From assembly GCA_036569685.1 (NCBI GenBank), contig DATCQC010000102.1, forward strand, positions 1 to 30,928: a DNA stretch of 30,928 bases. The letters run 5' to 3'. A model generated the notes under the pieces. That model was not told where the DNA came from, searched no databases, and saw nothing but the letters and a program-made list of their open reading frames with translations. The position numbers and the translations under genes are program-made. Below, piece after piece: positions 26,695-30,928 of the stretch. Each line of letters starts with the position of its first letter. Within the stretch, counting starts at the first letter, position 1. This DNA comes from Candidatus Limnocylindria bacterium. Its GTDB lineage: Bacteria > Chloroflexota > Limnocylindria > P2-11E.

Positions 26695-27790
26695 CGATGA
26701 CCCTGTCGTAGAAGGCGAGGAGCTGGTCGGTCACGTGCGACCAGTCGAACTCGCGCGCCCGGATCGACCCGCTCTCGCCCAGCTGCTTCCGGAGCGCGGG
26801 CTCGGTCACCAGGCGCTCGAGCGCGCCGCACAACGCGTCCACGTCGCGGGGCTCCACGAGCAATCCGGACACGTTGCGCTGGATCACCTTCTTGTAGCCG
26901 TGGATGTCGCTCGCGATCGCGGCCGTCCCAGCGGCCATCGCCTCGAGCAGCACGATGCCGAACGACTCCTGGCCCGTCGATGGCGCGCAGAAGACGTCCG
27001 CGGTCTTGTAGAAGCGGGCCTTGTCCGTCTCGCTCACCCGGCCCGCGAACAGGACGTCCGGCACGTGCTCCTTGTGGACGAACTCGCGCAGGTCGCCGAG
27101 CTCCGGGCCGCGGCCGCAGATGATCAGGCGCGTCTCGGGGTAACGCCGCTTGAGCTTCGCGTACGCCCGTACGAGGTACAGCGCGCCCTTGCGGGGCTCG
27201 ACCCGGCCGACGAAGAGGATGTTCGTCTTGCCGTCGCGGTATTCGGGGAACGGCTTCGCGCTCGCGAAGAAATCCACATCGACGCCGTTCGGGATGATCT
27301 CGTAATCACCCGGGAAGTAGCGCGAGATGAAATGGCGGGCCGCGCTCGAGACGGCGATCCGCCCGTCGAGCTTGTTCATGTAGCGGCGGGCGATTGGCCG
27401 GCCGAGCCAGTAGCTGAACGAGAAGCCGCCGAACGCATGGAACGTCGCGACCTGCGGGCACGACTTCCGGTCGAGGATCTGGGCCGACAACAGCGGGACC
27501 AGGGGCTCGTGGTGATGGATGATGTCGAACCGCTCACGGTCGAGGATCCGCGTGACCAGGTACTCGAGGCGCGCGGACAGCGTGATCCGGCCGACGCTCC
27601 CGTTGTATGGGACCGCGATCGCCTGGCCGATCTGGATCACGTCCTGCGCCGGCGGGTCATCACCCCACGGGGCCGTGATGATGCGGACCTCGTGCCCGCG
27701 GCGGCGCAGGTTCTCATAGGTCTCGCGGATGTTGTCGTTCGCGCCGCCGGGCCGCGGATACGCGTACGGGCTCACGATGCCGATCTTCAT
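26675..27790 (-). CDS. pimA: GT4 glycosyltransferase, PimA-like (phosphatidyl-myo-inositol mannosyltransferase family)
   Basis: MKIGIVSPYAYPRPGG N-terminus, HEP, ATFH, IIPNGVD, FVGRVEPRKG and GQESFGIVLLEAMAAG. Context with ino1 and PatA-like genes. The symbol reflects family membership, not proven activity. Confidence 0.75.
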   Translation of the reverse strand: MKIGIVSPYAYPRPGGANDNIRETYENLRRRGHEVRIITAPWGDDPPAQDVIQIGQAIAVPYNGSVGRITLSARLEYLVTRILDRERFDIIHHHEPLVPLLSAQILDRKSCPQVATFHAFGGFSFSYWLGRPIARRYMNKLDGRIAVSSAARHFISRYFPGDYEIIPNGVDVDFFASAKPFPEYRDGKTNILFVGRVEPRKGALYLVRAYAKLKRRYPETRLIICGRGPELGDLREFVHKEHVPDVLFAGRVSETDKARFYKTADVFCAPSTGQESFGIVLLEAMAAGTAAIASDIHGYKKVIQRNVSGLLVEPRDVDALCGALERLVTEPALRKQLGESGSIRAREFDWSHVTDQLLAFYDRVIGAYRGA

Positions 27791-28521
27791 GCCGGCCTCT
27801 TCGTCCGCCCGACGCGCCGACGCGCGCGCTTGTACGGGTCGCGGACCATCGAGCGCCACTGCTGCGTGGCGACGCCGTCCAGGTGCTCACGGAGCGTCCA
27901 GGAGCGGCCGAGGGCGCGGGTCGTCCGCGCGCGGATCGCCGAACGGAGCGCGTCGACGCCGTCGCCCGGGAACTCGGTCCAGGCGGTCCCGACGAGCTTC
28001 GCGTGGTGTGCGTCGCTCGAGCCCGTCTCGGCGACGCGGAGGACGTGCTCGTTCAGCTGGCGGGCGCGACCACCGCGGACGCGGCCGGCGTAGCTCGGAT
28101 TGCGGACCTCGATCGCGTCCACGAACGAGACCCTGTCGCCGCGCGCCGCGAGGGTGCGCAGGGCGCGCTCGCCGACGGAGAACGTGAGGTAGGAGAGCGG
28201 ATGCGGCACGATCGCGATCCCGCCCGCGCGGTGGATCGCAATGACGGTCTCGGAAAGGGAACGGAACATCGGGATCTCGTCCTCCACGAAGAGCGCAAGG
28301 AGGTGGCCGGCCCGCGTCGTCACCTCGATGCCGGCGACGACGGTCACCGGCGAGCCCCGCTTCGCGGCGAGATCACGGAGGAGGAACGAGCCGCGGATGT
28401 CGTCGTGATCCGTGAGCGCGATGATGTCGAGGCCCACGGTCTCGGCCGCATCCAGGATCTCCGCGGGCGAGTTGAGCCCGTCGCCGAGATCCGAATGGAG
28501 CTGCAGATCCGCTCTACCCAC
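27787..28521 (-). CDS. PHP-domain metal-dependent phosphoesterase
   Basis: Motifs DLQLHS, ALTDHD, GIEVT, GHLL, PHP, DAIE and GSSDAH. The stop overlaps the pimA-like start (ATGA). Confidence 0.85.
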   Translation of the reverse strand: MGRADLQLHSDLGDGLNSPAEILDAAETVGLDIIALTDHDDIRGSFLLRDLAAKRGSPVTVVAGIEVTTRAGHLLALFVEDEIPMFRSLSETVIAIHRAGGIAIVPHPLSYLTFSVGERALRTLAARGDRVSFVDAIEVRNPSYAGRVRGGRARQLNEHVLRVAETGSSDAHHAKLVGTAWTEFPGDGVDALRSAIRARTTRALGRSWTLREHLDGVATQQWRSMVRDPYKRARRRVGRTKRPA

Positions 28522-28528
28522 GGACGCG

Positions 28529-28534
28529 ACCGTA
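28529..28534 (-). promoter_or_regulatory. -10 hexamer of a probable internal leaderless promoter for the PHP gene
   Basis: TACGGT on the minus strand, 7 nt before GTG 28521, with no SD visible. Confidence 0.5.
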
Positions 28535-28545
28535 GCCCAGCGACC

Positions 28546-29388
28546 TCACCGCCGCCACACCGGCTCGAACACCGACCACTGCTCCGGGGCCTGGCGGATG
28601 TGCCGCTCGAGCACGGGAACCCAGCGGCGCATCGCCTCCTGCACGTCCGCGTCGCGGTCACCGGTCCGCGCTAGCTCGATGGCAGGCTCGAACACCGCCC
28701 GGAGCACGCTCCCGTCGCGGTGCGCGAACGCCGGCATGAGCGCCGCGCCGGTCCGCAGCGCGAGGGCGACATGGGCCGACGGCAGGAGCGCGGGCCGGCC
28801 GAAGAATGGGACGCGCTCGCCGACGCCGGTGACCGCGCGATCGGCGAGCACGCCGAGGATGCCGCCGCGCCTGAGGATGCGGGCGATCCCGAGCGCGGAG
28901 TCAGTCTCGACGAAGCGCAGGCCCATGCGGGTCCGTGCGCGATTGATCGCGCGGGCGAACTCGGTGGTCTCGTTCTCGATCGGGAGCGTGATCTCGTAGC
29001 CGTTGGCCGCGATGATCTGGCCACACACCGAGACCGGCCCGACGTGCGCGCTGGCCAGGATCACCCCGTTGCCCCGCGCGGCCGCGGCGACGAACAGCTC
29101 CCATCCATCGGTGACGACGGTCCGGCGGACCATCTCGTGGTCGAGGCGCGCAAGGCGGAAGATCTCGATGTAGTGCCGTACCTGCTCGACGAACGCCTGC
29201 CTGACGAGGGGCTCCCGGTCCCGCCGCTCCGGAACGACGATCGAGAGGTTCTCGCGCACCGCGGCTCGCGCGCCCGCCGACGCGCGATAGGCGATCGCCC
29301 CGCCCGCCGTTGCGACGGGGAACTCGAGCGCTGACGGGAGAAGGGGCAGCGCTCGCTCGGCGAAGCGAGCCGCCGCGCCGGCGATCAC
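28546..29388 (-). CDS. PatA/LpxL-family (Lip_A_acyltrans) acyltransferase, divergent paralogue 2
   Basis: GTG 29388 overlaps the paralogue 1 stop. Motifs GVILASAHVG, GVLADRA, VPFFG and IRQAPEQW. Confidence 0.8.
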   Translation of the reverse strand: MIAGAAARFAERALPLLPSALEFPVATAGGAIAYRASAGARAAVRENLSIVVPERRDREPLVRQAFVEQVRHYIEIFRLARLDHEMVRRTVVTDGWELFVAAAARGNGVILASAHVGPVSVCGQIIAANGYEITLPIENETTEFARAINRARTRMGLRFVETDSALGIARILRRGGILGVLADRAVTGVGERVPFFGRPALLPSAHVALALRTGAALMPAFAHRDGSVLRAVFEPAIELARTGDRDADVQEAMRRWVPVLERHIRQAPEQWSVFEPVWRR

Positions 29389-30293
29389 GAGCTTGGGGCG
29401 ATGACCGGTGCCGGCCACATCGGCCGGAAGATGTACCACTGGTCCGGCCAGCGGCTGACGAAGCCCTCGAGGCCGCGGGCGATCGATTGCGTCGCCCGCT
29501 GGACGTCCTCCGCGGCCTCCTTCGTCCGTTGCACGAAGATCGGGGGGAGCGCGATGCCCGTGAAGGTGTTGTCGTGCCGGCGGACGCATGCCGACACCAC
29601 GATCGGCGCGCCCGAGACCCGCGCGAGGCTTGCGGCGACGGCCGGGAACGCGGTCGGCGTGCCGAAGAACTCGGCGTCGACGGTGTCGAAGGCCTGAGCG
29701 CGCGGACCGAGGTCCATCATCAGCCCGACCATCTCGTTGCGCCGGAGCGCGCCGAGGACCTTCTTCGCGGCGCCGTCGGGGGAGAGCAGCGTGATGTTCT
29801 TGTGCGCGCGGTTGCCCACGAGCAGGTCCATGAGCCGCTGGTTCTCGAGCTCATCTGCGATGACGTTGAGCGGGATCTCATCGGAGATGCGCGCGCCGCC
29901 GAGCTCGAAGTTGCCGAAGTGGATGGACACGAAGATGACGCCCTTCCCGAGGGCCAGCGCCCCGCGAAGGTGCTCCCAGCCGTCGATGTTCACGAGGCGT
30001 TCGAAGTCCGCGACATCGAGCTTCGGGAACCGCATGATCTCGACGACGTACTTGGCGAAATTGCGGAACGATCGCCTGGCGACCTGAGCGACCTCGGGGT
30101 CCGTCCACGGCCGCCCGAGGACGATCGCGAAGTTGCGCTTCGCGATCTGGCGCTTCGCGGTCCAGGCTACGTAGCCGATCTCCCCGAGGATGACGGCGAA
30201 GGCGTAGAGCGGGCGGGCCGGGAGGCGCTGAGCGATGCGCGCCCCGATCCGCCAGCCCCAGTAGCCGATGCCGTGAGTGATCCGCTCGATCAA
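29385..30293 (-). CDS. PatA/LpxL-family acyltransferase, paralogue 1 (probable phosphatidylinositol mannoside acyltransferase)
   Basis: TTG start overlaps the ino1 stop. Motifs [16 protein letters not shown] (HxxxxE), MMD, EFFG and [12 protein letters not shown]. Confidence 0.85.
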   Translation of the reverse strand: MIERITHGIGYWGWRIGARIAQRLPARPLYAFAVILGEIGYVAWTAKRQIAKRNFAIVLGRPWTDPEVAQVARRSFRNFAKYVVEIMRFPKLDVADFERLVNIDGWEHLRGALALGKGVIFVSIHFGNFELGGARISDEIPLNVIADELENQRLMDLLVGNRAHKNITLLSPDGAAKKVLGALRRNEMVGLMMDLGPRAQAFDTVDAEFFGTPTAFPAVAASLARVSGAPIVVSACVRRHDNTFTGIALPPIFVQRTKEAAEDVQRATQSIARGLEGFVSRWPDQWYIFRPMWPAPVIAPSS

Positions 30294-30928
30294 GACGCCT
30301 TGCCGGCGAGCGTCTCGTTGTCACGCCCGGCGATGAAGTCCTCGACGCGCTTGCGGGCGATGTCGTCGTGGATCTGCTCGGGGGGCGACTTCATGAAGTA
30401 CGAGGCCGGCGCGACGACCGTCCCGCCGAGGCCGCGGTCGAGCGCGAGCTTGCAGCAGCGGATCGCGTCGATGACGACGCCGGCGCTGTTGGGCGAATCC
30501 CAGACCTCGAGCTTCACCTCGGCGTTGAGTGGCACGTCGCCGAACGTCGTGCCCTCCATCCGGATGTAGCACCATTTGCGGTCGAGGAGCCACGGCACGT
30601 AGTCGGACGGGCCCACGTGCACGTCCTTCGGGTCCATCTCGTAATCCAGCATGCTCGTGACGGCGTTCGTCTTGCTGATCTTCTTCGATTCGAGCCGCTC
30701 GCGTTCGAGCATGTTGAGGAAGTCCGTGTTGCCGCCGAAATTCAGCTGGTACGTGCGGTCAAGCCGGACGCCGCGGTCCATGAACAGCCGCGTGAGCACC
30801 CGGTGGGTGATCGTCGCGCCGACCTGGGACTTGATGTCGTCACCGATCATCGGGACGCCGGCGTCCTCGAACTTCTTGGCCCACACGGGGTCGGAGGCGA
30901 TGAAGACCGGCAGGGCGTTGACGAACGC
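30290..30928 (-). CDS. ino1: myo-Inositol-1-phosphate synthase, 5'-truncated by the window edge
   Basis: Frame is open to base 30928 ([12 protein letters not shown]...). Motifs [44 protein letters not shown] and SYFMKSPP. Confidence 0.95.
   Translation of the reverse strand, partial: AFVNALPVFIASDPVWAKKFEDAGVPMIGDDIKSQVGATITHRVLTRLFMDRGVRLDRTYQLNFGGNTDFLNMLERERLESKKISKTNAVTSMLDYEMDPKDVHVGPSDYVPWLLDRKWCYIRMEGTTFGDVPLNAEVKLEVWDSPNSAGVVIDAIRCCKLALDRGLGGTVVAPASYFMKSPPEQIHDDIARKRVEDFIAGRDNETLAGKAS

Noticed and set aside
28546-30293. Lipid A late acyltransferases (lpxL/lpxM) implying LPS
   Set aside because: The family is the same, but the context is ino1/pimA with no lpx or kdo genes. PatA-type function is more parsimonious.

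Overview
High-GC bacterial chromosomal window, densely coding, with no rRNA, tRNA, CRISPR array or mobile-element gene visible. Gene content (ino1, PimA/PatA-like genes, protein O-mannosyltransferase, opcA, PASTA kinase, leaderless promoters) points to a monoderm such as Chloroflexota or Actinomycetota, but this is inference. Left to right: 3' part of lysA; a lipid-linked glycosylation locus (GT2 polyprenyl-phosphate sugar synthase divergent from a GT-C membrane protein and a ~1200-aa Gpi18-like + PMT/GT39 fusion that carries a ~280-aa beta-propeller-like insertion and is broken by a 1-nt insertion at ~4217); an atypical non-RD PASTA Ser/Thr kinase with a flap-less membrane PP2C phosphatase; a 2 x 50-bp palindromic tandem repeat; pentose phosphate genes (opcA, zwf, gnd, divergent tkt); lemA-htpX plus a membrane-anchored beta-propeller; a five-gene HAAT (Liv-type) ABC transporter; ACT-malic enzyme; class V aminotransferase preceded by a short coupled uORF; acidic BON protein; and, on the minus strand, ino1 (partial), two tandem PatA-like acyltransferases, a PHP hydrolase, a PimA-like GT4, a class III CoA-transferase and a crotonase lacking both catalytic glutamates. 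The best candidates for undescribed systems are the multi-GT-C glycosylation locus and the variant inositol-glycolipid operon. All assignments come from motif recognition by eye; no searches were run.
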